Below, in pieces: positions 1 through 13,900 of a stretch of DNA of 64,000 nucleotides. Numbering within the stretch: the first letter of the stretch is position 1; each line of letters starts with the position of its first letter. The notes beneath the pieces were generated by a model. It ran no database searches. It was not told the DNA's origin and saw only the letters and a program-made list of their open reading frames with translations. The stretch lies in NCBI GenBank assembly GCA_009914755.4, contig CP086569.2, positions 8,864,001 through 8,928,000 on the forward strand, in the 5' to 3' direction. The translations under genes were made by a program, and so were the position numbers. This stretch comes from the human T2T-CHM13v2.0 reference genome, Homo sapiens.

Positions 1-3000
1 CAAGTCATATGCAACAACTTCCATGGGAGTCACCTTCCCCTGCAAAAGAAGCCACTCTTCCAGAAAGAAGAGGAGCACACCACACCCATGAAGAGACATC
101 TAGTGTTTCATTGTCCTGCGGCCAGCCCAGGGAGGGATACTAGCATTCCTGTCTGCAGGGCCCATTGAATTTACATCAAATTCGGTTCTCAGCTGAGTAG
201 GAGCTTCACTTCATGAGGGGGCACTCCTCTATCATCTTGAGATCTCATTCTGGGACAGAGTGTGAGCAGCAGTAAGGTCAGTTAGGGGTGTACATGCAAT
301 CTGGTGAGGGGTAGATGGGGTCCCACACCTTCACTTGAAAAAAAGTGAAGGCAGATTACACAGAAGTACTTCCAACTGCATGCCCACATTCTCCTAACTG
401 CACAGGCAGTCCACACCATGGCCTGCTGTTCAGGTGGGAGTACTCCAACATGCAGGGAATATTTGGAGTGCAAACTGGGGCCATCATGGCAAACTCCCAA
501 TTTGAGGGCTTTCATACTGGGAGCCTAGGTCTGGCTCAATGTCTTCCACACTAAACATTTCCCAGTTCACCAAGGATGACCCTCATGAGAATCCATTGTG
601 TGAGTGTTTCCTTCTAAACATTGTCATGTTTTAATGACTGGGCAGTTGTGGTATTTTAAAATTGTAAATTCCCATTACAGCCACCAACAAGAAAACTCTT
701 GTTCTCCCACTTCTATCAGAGGGCTGCATGATTCCTGTAGGAGGCAGCCATGTCTGGCATTTGCCTGGTAATCTAGACTCTGTTTCATTGTGCCTGCATG
801 TCCTTGCTCATTGGGCTGTTGCTGTATGGGACTGCCTCTCACCACAGATCTTTTAGCCCCCAGGGATTTCAGGGAGCAAAAGAGATTTCAGGTAGGCTGG
901 CTGCACTCCAGGTTGTGGGTTGTGGTCTCATTTTGGAGACTGAGGTTGTTTGCACTTTGCAGGTGGCTTTTGGGTTCTCTGAAAGAAGCCTTTCAGTATT
1001 GCTTGGACTTCAGCACAAGTTAGCTGATTCTCTCACTCGAGCCTTTATTCTCTCACTCACTCCTTTGCTTTCATGGAAGGTAGACATTGCCCCTAAACAG
1101 CATTACTGCACACCATTTTCAGGCTTACAATTGCCACAAATGGCCTCTGAGACACTGTCTCAACCTCATCTGCACCCATGAGAGGCCAGTTGGAGGTGTG
1201 AGAACACTGCCCCACCATGGACTTGCCTTTGTTGTGGTTCCTGCCTTTCCCAGAGAGCACCTGCGAGGCCCAGGATGAAGGCAGGCAATGATATTCAGGG
1301 CACAGCCATCTTTTGTTGACACCTGCCTCTGGGGTCACAGGTATGACTCCATGAACCAGAGACCCCTCAACAGCTCACCAGACTATATTCCAATCACCAT
1401 GGGACCTGATTTCTGCACTCTTTCAGGGATGAAGTCAGAGGTGCAGTTTCCAGTGACCAGGTCACAGTCTTGAAATGCCTCCTCCTTCAAGTGAAACCTG
1501 ACCAGCAAGATGGCCTGAAGAAGACCTATGGTCAAGAGTTTTAGGGTCTCTCAGTGGATTATCTCAGGCAGCCATTTTCCCAACACCAGGCCAGCTCTGC
1601 CTATACCATTTTTCTCTGCTTAGGCATGCTGACAGCTCTGACAGATGGGCTGCTGAGCCTGTGACAAGAATGCAAATGCACTAGTCTCCTGGCACCAGGC
1701 CAGAGCTCTGAGCTCTGGCAAGCATCATAATGAATGACAGCATTGCCTAGCAACAAGTCCCTGAGGCTTGGTGAAGAGGGCGATCTCTGTGTATGGGTGT
1801 TGGCAGTGAACTTTCTTTCACCTGTCTTCTCTGAGGGATTCATAGGATAGTCCCATTATCCTTGGAGAGAGCATATGTGAGACATCATGAAGAAAGGTCA
1901 AACAGAGCCCAGGAATAATCCACAAAATCCCTAAGGATTCAAAAAATCTGCAGGATGCCTCAGGCCTGCCTAGATGTTCAAGGGGTGAATCTTTTGGAAA
2001 TTTGCCCCACTGTGATTTCTTGGTACAGCCCTCCTGTGTTACTTGGGGTTGTTCTCTCCCAGTTTGGGATTTCTGCAGAACCACCCAGCCTCAGAACCTG
2101 CAGGCCTGTAGTTTCTGTGGGAGTGTTGTAAGTTTGGATGTCTGCATGTGTGTGTGGCTTTGTGGTGTGTGTGTATGTGTGTGTGTTAAATGGAGTCTAA
2201 CTAAATGAATTAGGCTAACGCACTGCAGTGCTTTTTTTTGTCTCTCAACTTTTTGGTAGCCTATTTGTGTGGTTCTGCTTGGGCTGTGGGGCTCTGTGTT
2301 CTTTATTTTTCTGTGGATCAAGAACCCTCAGTGATTTGGGAGGCTGGCTGTGACCCACTATGGTCCAAATATCCTGAACCTGCAAAAAAAGCCACTCTTC
2401 TCGAAAGAAGAGGAGCACACCTCACCCAAGAAGAAACATCTCCCAGTGTTTCATTGTCCTGTGGCCAACCCAGGGAGAAACACCAGCAGTCCTGAAGGCA
2501 GGGCCCCTTGAATTTACCTTGAATTTGGTTCACAGTAGAGCAGGTGCTTCGTGTCATGAGGGGGCACTCCGCCATCGTCTTGGGATTTTATTCTGGGACA
2601 AACAGTGTGAGCAGCAGTAAGGTAAGATGGGGTGAGGATATAATCTGGTGAGGTTTGGATGCAGACCTGCACCTTCACCTGCAAAAATAGTAAAGAACTG
2701 ATGGCACAGAACGTGCTTCCAACAGCATCCCCACATTTGCTTAATTGCACAAGCCGTCCATGTCATGGCTTGGGAGTACTTCTGCGTGCAGGGAACATTT
2801 GGAGTGCATACTCGGCCATCCTGGCAAACTCCCAATTTCAGGGCTGTCATACCCAGAACTAAATGGGTGTGGGATGGATTGATGTTTGGTGGGATGTGAC
2901 CTTCACACTTGTCTCCTCTTCTCCTCACTTACATTTCCCTCATTGGCCTAGGTTTTCCTGGGTCTGTCTAAATGTCTACCACAATAAAGGTTTCCCAGTT

Positions 3001-4944
3001 CATGGAGGACGACCCTCATTTGAATCCATTGTGTGAGTGTTTCCTTCTAAACACTGTCGTGTTTTAATGACTGGGCAGCTTTGATACTTTTAAAACTGTA
3101 AATGTCAGTTACAGCCACCAAAAAGGAAACTCCTATTCTCCCACTTATTTTTCAGAGGGCTGCAAGATTCCTGTATGATGAGAAGCAGGCAGCTATGTCT
3201 GATATTGCCTGGTAATCTAGCCTCTGTTTCAATTCATCTTCAAGTCCTTTCTCATTGTGGAGGGGCTCTTTCATTGGGTTGTTGCTGCATTGCACTGCCT
3301 CTCACCCCAGATCTTTTGGCTGCCAGGGATTTCAGGGAGCAAAAGGGACTTGGGGTAGGCTGGCTGCACTCCAGGTTGTGGGTTGTTGTCTCATTGTGGG
3401 GGCTGAGGTTGTTTGCACTTTGCAGGAGGCTTTTGGGTCCTCTGACAGGAGTCTTTGAACATTGCTTGGATTCCACCATAAGGCAGCTCTTTCTCTCAGT
3501 TGAGCCTTGATTTTTCTTTGCTTTCAAGGGGAATACACAGTGCCCCTTAACAGCACTACTGGACACAATTTCAGACTTGGCACCACCACAGACGTTTCCA
3601 AGATACTCTCTCAACCTCATCTGCACCTACAAGAAGCCAGTCCGAGGTGTGAGAACACTGCACCACCTTGGACTTGCCTTTGTCATGGTTTCTGCCTTTC
3701 CCAGACAGCTCCAGAATGAAGGGTGGCAGTGAGGTCAAGAGTCTGACCATCTTTCACTGGCACCCACCTCTGGGTTCTCAGGCACGTTTCTATCACCCAG
3801 AGAACCCTCAAAAACACAGCAGATTATATTCCAGTCCCCATGGGACCTGATTCTTGCACACAGCCCCTTTGGAGAATAAAGTCAGAAGAGGAGTTTCCAG
3901 CGACCACCTCACAGTCTCAAAAAGCTTCCTCCTCCAGGAGGCCCCAACCACAGATATGGCCCAAGGGGCCCTGAGGTCGAGAATTTTAGTGCCCTGCAGT
4001 GGGTGTTTGCAGGCATCCTTTACTTCAACACCAGGTCGGCTCTGACTGTACATTTTCCTGTGCTTAGGCAGCCTGACAGTTCTGCTAGCCTGGAGGCCTT
4101 GCCTGCCTCACGAATGCGCATGCGCTAGACTCAAGGACTCAGGCCTGATTATGAGCCCTTGCTTGTGTCACATCGAATGTCACAGTTGCCTAACTACAAG
4201 TCCCTGCGGCTTTGCGGCGAAGGAGACCTCGTGGAGGTGCCTTGGCAGTGGGCTTTTGCGTCTCGTCTGTTGTATTCACCAGATACTCCCATGATCCTAG
4301 GGCAGACGTGAGCCAGCCTGAAGAAACCTCAAGCACGACCTCAGGAATAAATTGCAAAATCCTAAGAATCCAAAAGGATCTGAAGGATTCCTCAGGCCTG
4401 CCTAGACGTTGTAGGGGTGAGTCTTTTTTAAACTTGCCCCACTGTGATTTCTAGATACAGCCCGCCTGTGTTCCGCGAGTTTGCTGTCTCCCAGATGGGG
4501 CTTCCTGCAGAACCACGCATCCTCAGCAGCTGCTGGACTGTGTGTTTCTCTGGGAGACTTGCAAGTGTTAGATGTTTGCCTGTGTGTGTATGTGTGTGTG
4601 TGTATGTGCCAGTAAGTGGCGTCTGTTTAAAGGAATGAGGCTAACACACTTAAGCACCTTTTTTTTTTTTTTTTTTAGTCTCCCAACCTAGTGTTGTCCT
4701 GTCTCTGTGGCTCTGCTTAGGCTGCGGGGCTTTGTTTTCTTTATTTTTCTGTGGATCGTGAATCCGCAGCAAATTGGGAGGCGTGCCATGACCCGCTGGC
4801 GTCCAAATCACCTCTGCCAGCAGAACAACAACAGCAATAACAAAAAAAGCCACTTTTCTAGAAAGAAGAGGAGCACACCACACCATAAAACAGGTCTCCC
4901 AGTGTTCCATTGTCCTGCAGCCAACCCAGGGAGAGACACTAGCA
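1..4944 (+). repeat. Tandem macrosatellite-like array, forward-orientation units (~2 units; period 2340 then 2463 bp between 'gccactcttc...gaagaggagcacac' landmarks at 50, 2388, 4851)
   Basis: Direct self-alignment by eye: 40-280 ~ 2380-2625 ~ 4843-4944; 560-650 ~ 3000-3070; 740-1000 ~ 3190-3450. Each unit contains a (TG)n tract, e.g. 2140-2190. Confidence 0.85.
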
Positions 4945-7900
4945 GTCTTTTCCACAGCGAAACACACAAAGCCACACACACATGCAGACATCCAAAACTT
5001 ACAACACTCTGACAGAAAAACACAGCCCGGCATCTCCTGAGGCTGCGTGGTTCTGCAGGAAGCTTCACCTGGGAGACAGCAACCCTGGGGAACTCATGCA
5101 GGCTGTATCTAGAAAACACAGTGGGATAATTTTCAAAAAGACTCACCCCTGCAAAGTCTAGGTAGGCCTGAGGCATTCTGCAGATCCTTTTGGACACTTA
5201 AGAGATTTCGTAGTGAATTCCTGCGGCTCTGCTTGAGGTTTCCTTAGGCTGGCTCACATCAGCATTCTCCTAGCATCATGAGATTATGCTGAGGGTCCCA
5301 CAAACAGTACAAGCGAAAGTCTGTGGCCGACCCACCTCCGCAGATGTTTCCTTCTCCGCTAAGCCACAGGGACTTGTCTCTAGGCAATGGTGGTGGCATT
5401 CATTGAGACATCAGCCAGAGCTCACAGTTCAGGTCTGGTGCCCTGAGACTAGCGCATGCGCATTCACGAGGCAAGGTTGGGCGCCTGGCTGTCAGAGCTG
5501 TCAGCCTGCCTAACCAGAGGAAAATGGTACAGCCAGAGCCGGCCTGTTATGGGAAAAAAGGCTGACTGCAGTAACCCACTGTGGGACACTAAAAGCGTCG
5601 ACCTCAGAGCTCTGTCGGGTCTTCTCTGTGGTCTGGTCTCGCTGAAGGAGGACACATTTTGAGACTGTGAGGAGGACGCTGGAAACTGCTTTTCTCACTC
5701 CATGGCTGAAAGAGGCTGTGTGTAAGAATCAAGTCCCATGGGAATTGGAATATAGTCTGGTGAGTTTCCGGGGGTCTTCGGGTGATGGAATCATACCTGA
5801 GACCCCAGAGGAGGGTGTCTGTGAAAGATGGCCAGGCCCTTGATGTGACTGCCTCCCTTCATCCTGGCCTCACAGGGGCTCTTGAGAAAAGGCTGGAACC
5901 ATGACAAAAGGAGGTCCAAGTTGGAGAAGTGTTTTCACACCTCGAACTGGCCTCTCACGGGTGCAAATGAGGTTGAGACAGTGTCTCAGCGCCCATTTGT
6001 GGCGAATGCAAGCCTGGAATGGTGTCCAGTAGCACTGTTGAAGGGCAATGTGGACTCCCCAGTGAAAGCAAAGAAAAATCAAAGCTCGCCTGAGAGAACG
6101 AGCTGACTAGTGCCAGAGACACAGCAATGTTAAAAGATTTCTATCAGAAGACCCAAAAGCCCCTGGCAAAGTGCAAACAAACTTGGCCCCCAAAATGAGA
6201 CCACCACCCAAAACCTGGAGTGTAGCCAGCCTACCTAAAGTCCGTTTTGCTCCCTGAAATTACTGGCAACCAAAAGATGTGTGGTGATAGGCAGTCCCAC
6301 TCAGGAAGAGTACAATGAAAGATCCACTCAGCAATGAGAAGACCATGCAGATGAAACGAAGCAGAGGCTACATTACCAGGCAAAAGCCAAACACGGCTGC
6401 CTGCTTCTCATCCTACAGGAATCATGCAGCCTTCTGAAAGAAGTGAAAGAACAAGAGTTTCCTTGTTGGCAGCTGTAAAGGCAATTTACAGGTTTAAATT
6501 ATCAATGCTGCCCAGTCATTAAAACCTGACAGGGTTTAGAAGAAAACACTCACGCAATGGATTCCCATGAGGGTGGTTCTTGAGAATTGAGAAAGGTTTA
6601 GTGTGGAAGTCACTGGGCAGAGACCCAGGAAACCCTAGGCCGATAAGCAACATGGAAGTCAAGAAAAGAAGAGGCCAGTTTGGAGGCCATAGCCCTCCCA
6701 GCAGTAACCCATCCCATTTCCATTTGGCTATGGGTATGAAAAACATAAATCCAGACTTTGCCAGGATGGGCCCAATTTGCACTCCAAATATTCCCTGCAT
6801 GTTGGATTACTTCCACCTGAACACCAGGTCATGGTTGGACTGCTTGTGCAATTAACAGAATAGGGGGATGGGAATGGAAGCACCTTCTGTGTCATCTGTC
6901 TTCATATATTTTTTGCAGTTGAAGTTGCAGGACCCCATCCACTCCTCACCAGATTGTATCCTCATCCCTATCTGACCTTATTTCTGCTCACACTCTATGT
7001 TCCAGGATGAAATCCCAAGATGATGAAGGAGTGCCCCTTCAACCTGAAGCACTTGCTCAGCTAGGAACCGAATTCAAGGTAAATTCAAGAGGTCCTGCAG
7101 ACAGGACTGCTAGTGTCTCTTCCTGGGTTGACCGCAGGACAGTGAAACACTGGGAGACATCTGTTTTTTGGTGTGTTGGTGTGATGTGTTTCTCTTCTTT
7201 CTAGAAGAGTGTTTTTTTTTATTTTTTTCCAGAGGAAGGTGATTTAGACACTGCGTATTCATGATCCACAGAAAAATAGAAAACATGGAGCCCCACAGCC
7301 CAAGCAGAGCCACACAGACAAGCAACCAAAAGAAAAGGTGAGGGACTCAAATAAAGAAGGATTGAAGTGTGTTAGCCACATTCTTTTAAGCAGACTCCAT
7401 TTGCAGGCACACACACACAAACACACAATGCCACACACACACACAGAAATCCAACACTCAAAACACTCCCAAAGGAACACACAACCTGGCAGCTTCTGAG
7501 GCTGTATGTTTCTGCAGGAAGCCCCACCTGGAAAAGAGCAACCCCGGGGAACACAGGAGGGCTTTACCTAAAAATATCAGAGGGGCAAGTTTCAAAAAGA
7601 CTCACCCCTAAAACATCTAGGCAGATCTGAGGAATCCTGCAGATGCTTTTGGATCCTTAGGGAGTTTGCAGTTTATTCCTAGGGCTCTGCTTGACATTTC
7701 TTCAGGCTCCCTCACATCTGCCATCTCCTAGGATCATGAGATTATTCTGTGGATCCCACATAGAAGACAGGCAAAGAGTGCACCGCCAATGCACCTCCAC
7801 AGAGGTCTCCTCTGGAGCTCAAAATCAGGAATGGTTCCCTGAGCTTAGCTCATGAACATTCATAAGGCAGGCTCTGGCACCCAGATGTCAGAGCTCTCAG

Positions 7901-10900
7901 CCTGACTAAGCAGAGGAAAATGCTACAGGCAGAGCCGCCCTGGTATCAAGAAAAACGATGCCTGTGAAAACCCACTGTGAGACTCTAAAAGTCTCAACCT
8001 CAGGGCCCCTTTGGGCCATCTCCATGGTTGGTTCCCACTGGAGGAGGAGGCATTTCAGGACTGTGAGGTTGTTACTGGAAACTGCTCTTCAGACTCTATT
8101 CCTCAAAGAGGCTGTGTGCAAGAATCTGGTCCCATGGAGATTGGAATAGAATCTGTTGTGTTGTTGGGGTTCTTTGGGTGAAAGAATTATACCTGAAACC
8201 CCAGAGATGGGCATCAGTGAAAGATGCCCGAGCTTGACCTCATGGCCTCCCTTCATTCTGGGCCTCACAGGGGCCCTCTGGAAAAGTCAGGAACCATGAC
8301 AGAGGAAAGCCCAAGGTGGAGCAGTTGTCTCACACCTCAGACTGGTCTCTCCTTGGTGCAGATGAGGTTGACACAGTGTCTCAGAGGCCATTTGTGGTAA
8401 TAGTAAGCATGAAAATTGTGTCCAGCAGTGCTGTTAACAGGCATTGTGGACTTTCCCTGAAAGCAAGAAAAAAATAAGGCTTGCCTGAGAAAATGAGCTG
8501 CCTTGTGCTGGAGTCCAATCGATGTTCAGTGATTTCTGTCAGGGTACCCAAAAGCCTACTGCAAAGTGCCAGCAACTTCAGCCCCCAAAACGTGACCATA
8601 GACCAAAACCTGGAGCACAGTAAGCCTACTCAAAGTCCCTTTCGCTCTCTGAAACCCCAAGAAGCTATACAATCTGTAGTGAGAGGCAGTCCCTTCCAGC
8701 AACAGCTCAATGAATGAGCCCCTCCACAGTGAGAGAGAGCCATGCAGATTTAATGAAACCGAGCCTAGATTGCCAGGTAAAACGTACACACAGCTGTCTT
8801 CTTCTCCTCCTACAGGAATCATGCAGGCCTCTGATAGAAGTGGGAGAATAAGAGTTTCCTTGTTGGTGGCTGAAATGGAAATTTATGGTTTTAAAAGTAT
8901 CAAAACTGCCCAGTCATTAAAACGTGACAGTGTTTGGAAGAAAACACTCATGCAGTGGATTCCACTGAGGGTCATTCTCCAGGAACAGGCAAACGTTTAG
9001 TGTGGAAGTCATTTAGCCAGACCCAGGAAACCCTAGGGTGACCAGGAGCATGGAAGTCAGGAAAAGAACATGCAAGTATGGAGGCCACATCCCACCCAGC
9101 ATCAAACCATTCCACTCCATTTGGCTGTAGGTATGAAAGCCCTTAAATCGGGAGTTTGCCAGGATGGCCTCAATTTGCACTCCACATGTTCCTTAAACAT
9201 AGGAGTACTGCCACCTGAACTCCGGGACATGGTGTAGACTGCTTGTGAAATTAAGGGAATGTGGGCACAGAATTGGAAGCACCTTCTGTCATCTGTCTTC
9301 ATCTTTTTGCAGGTGAAGTTGCAGGACCCCTTCCCCTTGTCTTCAGATTATATCCTCACCTTTATCTGATGTTATTTCTGCTCATATTCTGTGTCCCAGG
9401 ATGAAATCCCAAAATGAGGGAGGAGTGTCCCCTCACAATGGTGTAGCACCTGCTCAGCTGGGAATTGAATTTGAGGTAAATATAGGGGCCCTGAGGACTG
9501 GACTGCTAGTGTCTCTCCCTGGGTTGGCTGCAGGAAAATGAAACACTTGGAAATGTCTGTTTTTTTGGTATGGTGTGCTCCTCTTCTTTCTAGAAGAGTG
9601 GCTTTTATTGCACAGGGAGATACCTTGGTCCCCAGCAGGCTTGGTCCGCCTCCAAAGTCACTGAGGATTCATTATTCACAGAAAGATAAATAACACAGAG
9701 CCCCACAGCCCAAAAGAGTCATACAGACAGGCCACCAAAAGGTTAGTAGACTCAAAAAAAAAAAAAAAGAACCGCTGAAGTGCTTTAGCCACATTCCTTT
9801 AAGCAGACTCCACTTAATGTCACACACACACACAAACACACAATAAAACACACGCAGGCAGACATCCAACACTTGCAACACCCCCAAAAAAACACACAGA
9901 CTGTCAACTCCTCAGGCTGTGGGATTATGCAGGAAGACCCATCTGAGACAGAGCAACTCCAAGGAAAATAAATGGGCTGTACCTAAAAATCACAGTAAGA
10001 CAAGTTCCAAAAAGGTTCACCCTTCCAACATCTAGACATCATGCAGATGCTTTTTGATCCTTAGGGATTTGGCAGGAGCTCTTCTTGATGTTTCTTCAGG
10101 CTGGCTCACGTCCTCCCTATCCTAGGATTATGGGACTATCCTGTGGATCTCACAGAGTAGACAGGTGAGAGACCACAGCCGACGAACCTCCATGGAGGTC
10201 TCCTCCTTGGGAGTCTCTTCCACAAAGCCGCGGGGACTTGTCGCTAGGCAACGGTGACATTCGCTGTGACTCTAGACAGAGTTCACACTCAGGACTGGTG
10301 CCCTGAGAGTAGCTCATGTGGATTCCTGAGACATGCTTATGTGTACTGCTGTAACAGCGTTCAGCCTGCCTAAGCAGAGGAAAATGGTACAGTCGGAGCT
10401 GGCCTGCTATCAAGAAAAAGGCTGCCTGTGAAGACCCATGGCGGGACAATAAAAGCCTCAACCTCAGGACTCATTTGGACCATCTCTGTCTTCGCGTCCT
10501 GATGGAGGATGAGGTGTTTCAAGACTGTGAGGTGGTCACTGAAAACTGCCGTTTGAAATCCATTCCCAAAAGAGAATGTGTGTCTTCAAGACTCGGGTCC
10601 CATGGTGATTGGCATATAGTCTGTCTGGTGTGTTGTTGATGGTTCTTTGGGTCATAGCATCATACCTGAGACTCCAGAGGCATTTTTTAGTAAAGATGTC
10701 TGGGCTCTTGACCTCACTACCTCCATCATCCTATGCCTAGCAGGGGCTCTCTGAGAAATGCAGGAACCATGAAAAAGGCAAGTCAAAGTTTGAACCATAT
10801 TCTCACACCTTGGACTGACCTCTTATGGGTGAAGATGAGGTAGAGACCATGTCTCAGAGGTCATCTTTGATGATGGCAAGCCTGAAAAGGATATCCAGTA

Positions 10901-13900
10901 GAGCTGTTGAAGGACACTGTGGATTGCCCATAAAAGCAAAGAAAAATCGATGCTCACCTGACAGAATGAGCTGCACTGAGCTGGAGTTTAAGCAATGTTC
11001 AATGCTTCCTGTCAGAGAACCCAAAAGCCTCCCAAATTGCAAACAACTTCAGCCCCCACAATGAGACAACAACTCGAAACTTGGAGCACAGCCACACTCC
11101 TCAAAGTCCCTTTTGCTCTTTGAAATCCCGGGAAGCAAAATAATCTTTGGTGAGAGGCAGTCCCATCCAGCTACAGCCCAGTGAAAGAATACCTGCTCAG
11201 TAAGATGACTATGCAGATGAAAAAAATCAGAGGCTAGACTACCAGGCAAAAGCCAGACAGGGCTGACTTCTTCTCACCCTACAGGAATCATGCAGAATGC
11301 CAACAGAAGTGAAAAATACAAGAGTTTCCTTGTTGGCGGCTATAAGGGAATTTACCGTTTTAGAAGTATCAAAGCTGCCCAGTCATTAAATTGTGAAAGG
11401 GTTTAGAAGGAAACACTCATGCAATGGATTCCCATTAGGGTCATTCTCTGTGAACTGAGAAACATGTTTTGTAGAAGTCATTGAGCCAGACACAGGAAAC
11501 CCTACACTGACAAGAAACATGGAAGTCAGAGAAAGAAGGGGCAAGTGTGGAGGCCACTTCCCACCTACCATCAATCCATTTCATTCCCATTTTGCTCCCA
11601 GTATGAAAGCCTGCAAATTGAGAGTTTGCCAGGATGACCCCAGTTTGCACCCCAAATATTTCTTGCACATTGGAGTACTTTCACCTGAACACCGGGCCAT
11701 GGTGTGGACTGCTTGTGCAATTAAGGGAATGTTGGGATGGAGTTGGAAGTACCTTCTGTGTCATCTGTCTTCATTTTTTTGCAGGTGAAGTTGTGGGATC
11801 TCATCCAATTCCCACCAGATTTTATCCTCACTCTTGTCTGACCTTATTGTTGCTCACACTCTATGTCCAAAAATGAAAACCCAAGACGATGGAGTATTGC
11901 CCCCTTATGATGTGAAGCAACTGCGTGGCTGGGACCTGAATTTGAGGTAAATTCAAGGGCCCTGTGGACAGGACTGCTAGTGTATCTTCCTGCATTGGCT
12001 GCAGGACAATGAAACACTCAGAGATGACTGTTTTTTCATGTGGTGTGCTCCCCTTTTTTCTAAGAGTGGCTTTCTTTTGGAGTGAGAGGTGAGTTTGACA
12101 CTGGTGGGTCTCAGGCTGCCTCCCAATTCACTGGGGATTTATGATCCACAGAAAACTAAAGAACATGGAGCCCCACAGCCCAAGCAGTGCTGTACAGACA
12201 AGCCACCAAAAAGCTGGGAAACTCAAAAAAAAGAAGTGCTAAAATGTGTTAGCCATATTCCTTTAAGAATACTCCACTTATATTCTAACACGCACACACA
12301 CAGACACACACACACACAGACATCCAACACTCTCAATACTTTCACAGAAACACACAGGCTGGCAGCTCCTGAGGCTGTGTGGTTCTGCAGGAAGCCCCAT
12401 CTGGCAGAGAGCAACCTCGGGGAACACAGCCACTATACCTGGATATCACAGTAGAGCAATTTCAAAAAGACTCAACCCTACAAAGTCTAAACAGGTTTGA
12501 AGAATTCTGCAGATTGTTTTGTATTCTCAGGGATTTCACAGTTTATTCCTGGGGCTCTGTTTGATGTTACTTCTGGCTGCCTCATGCCTGCCCTTTCCTG
12601 GGATCATGGGACTATCCCATCGATCCAACAGAGAAGACAGTCAAGAGTCCACTGCTGATGCACCTCCACAGAGGTCTCTTTATCTGCCAAGCTTCAGGGA
12701 CTTGTCACTAGGCAAAGGTGGCATTCATTGTGAAGCTAGCCAGAGCTCACAATCAGGCCTGGTGCCCTGAGACTAGTGCATGCACATTAATGAGGCAGGT
12801 TTTAGCGCTGGCTCTCAGACCCGTCAGCCTGCCTAAGCAGAGGAAAATGGCAGAGGCAGAGTCAGTCTGGTATCAGGAAATAAGCTGCCTGTGAAACACA
12901 TTGCAGGACCCTAAAAGTCTCAACTTTGGGGGTTATTCAAGCCATCTTCATGATTGTGTTCCACTGGAGGAGGAGGCATTTCAAGACCATGAGGTGGTCG
13001 TGGAAACTGCTCTTCTGAGTCAATTCCCGAAGGAGGCTGTGTTAAAGAATTGAGTCCCATAACGATTGATATATAGTCTGGTGTGTTCTAGAGGGTACTT
13101 TTGGGTGATAGCATCATACCTGAGACCCCACAGGTGGGTGTCAGCAAAAGATGACCAGGCTCTTGACCTCTCTGCCTCCCTTCATCTGGGGCATCGCATA
13201 GGCTCTCTGGGAAAGGCAGGAAGCCAGACAAGGCAAGTATAAGATGAACACTGTTCTCACACCTTGAACTTGCCCCTCATGGGTTCACATGAGGTTGTGA
13301 CACCATCTCAGAGGCTGCCTGTGGTGACAGCAAGCCTGAAAAGGATGTCCAGTAGTGCTGTTGAGGAGCACTGTGAATTCTCCATGAAAGCAAAGAAAAA
13401 TCAAGGCTCACCTGAAAGAATGAGTGGCCTTGTGCTGGAGTCCAAGCAATGTTCATGATTCCTGTCAGAAGACCCCAAAGACTCATGCAAAGTGCAAACA
13501 ACCTCAGCTCCCACAACAATACAACAATCCATAATCTGGAGTGCAGCCAGATGACCCAAAGTCCCTTCTGCTCTCTGAAATCTCTGGCAGCTAAATAATT
13601 GGTGGGAAGAGGCATTCCTATCCAGCAACAGAACAATGCAAGAGCCCCTCCACTATGAGAAGGCCACGCAGATGAAATGAAACAGAGGCTAGTTTACCAG
13701 GCAAAAGCCAGACACAGCTGCAAGCTTCTCATCCTACAGGAATCATGCAGCACTCTGACAGAAGTGGGAGAATAGGTGTTTCCTTGTTTGCTGCTGTAAC
13801 AGGAATTAACGGTTTTTAAAGTATCAGAGCAGCCCCGTCAATAAAAAGTGAGAATTTTTAGAAGAAAACGTTCATGCTATGGATTCCCATGAGGGTCATT

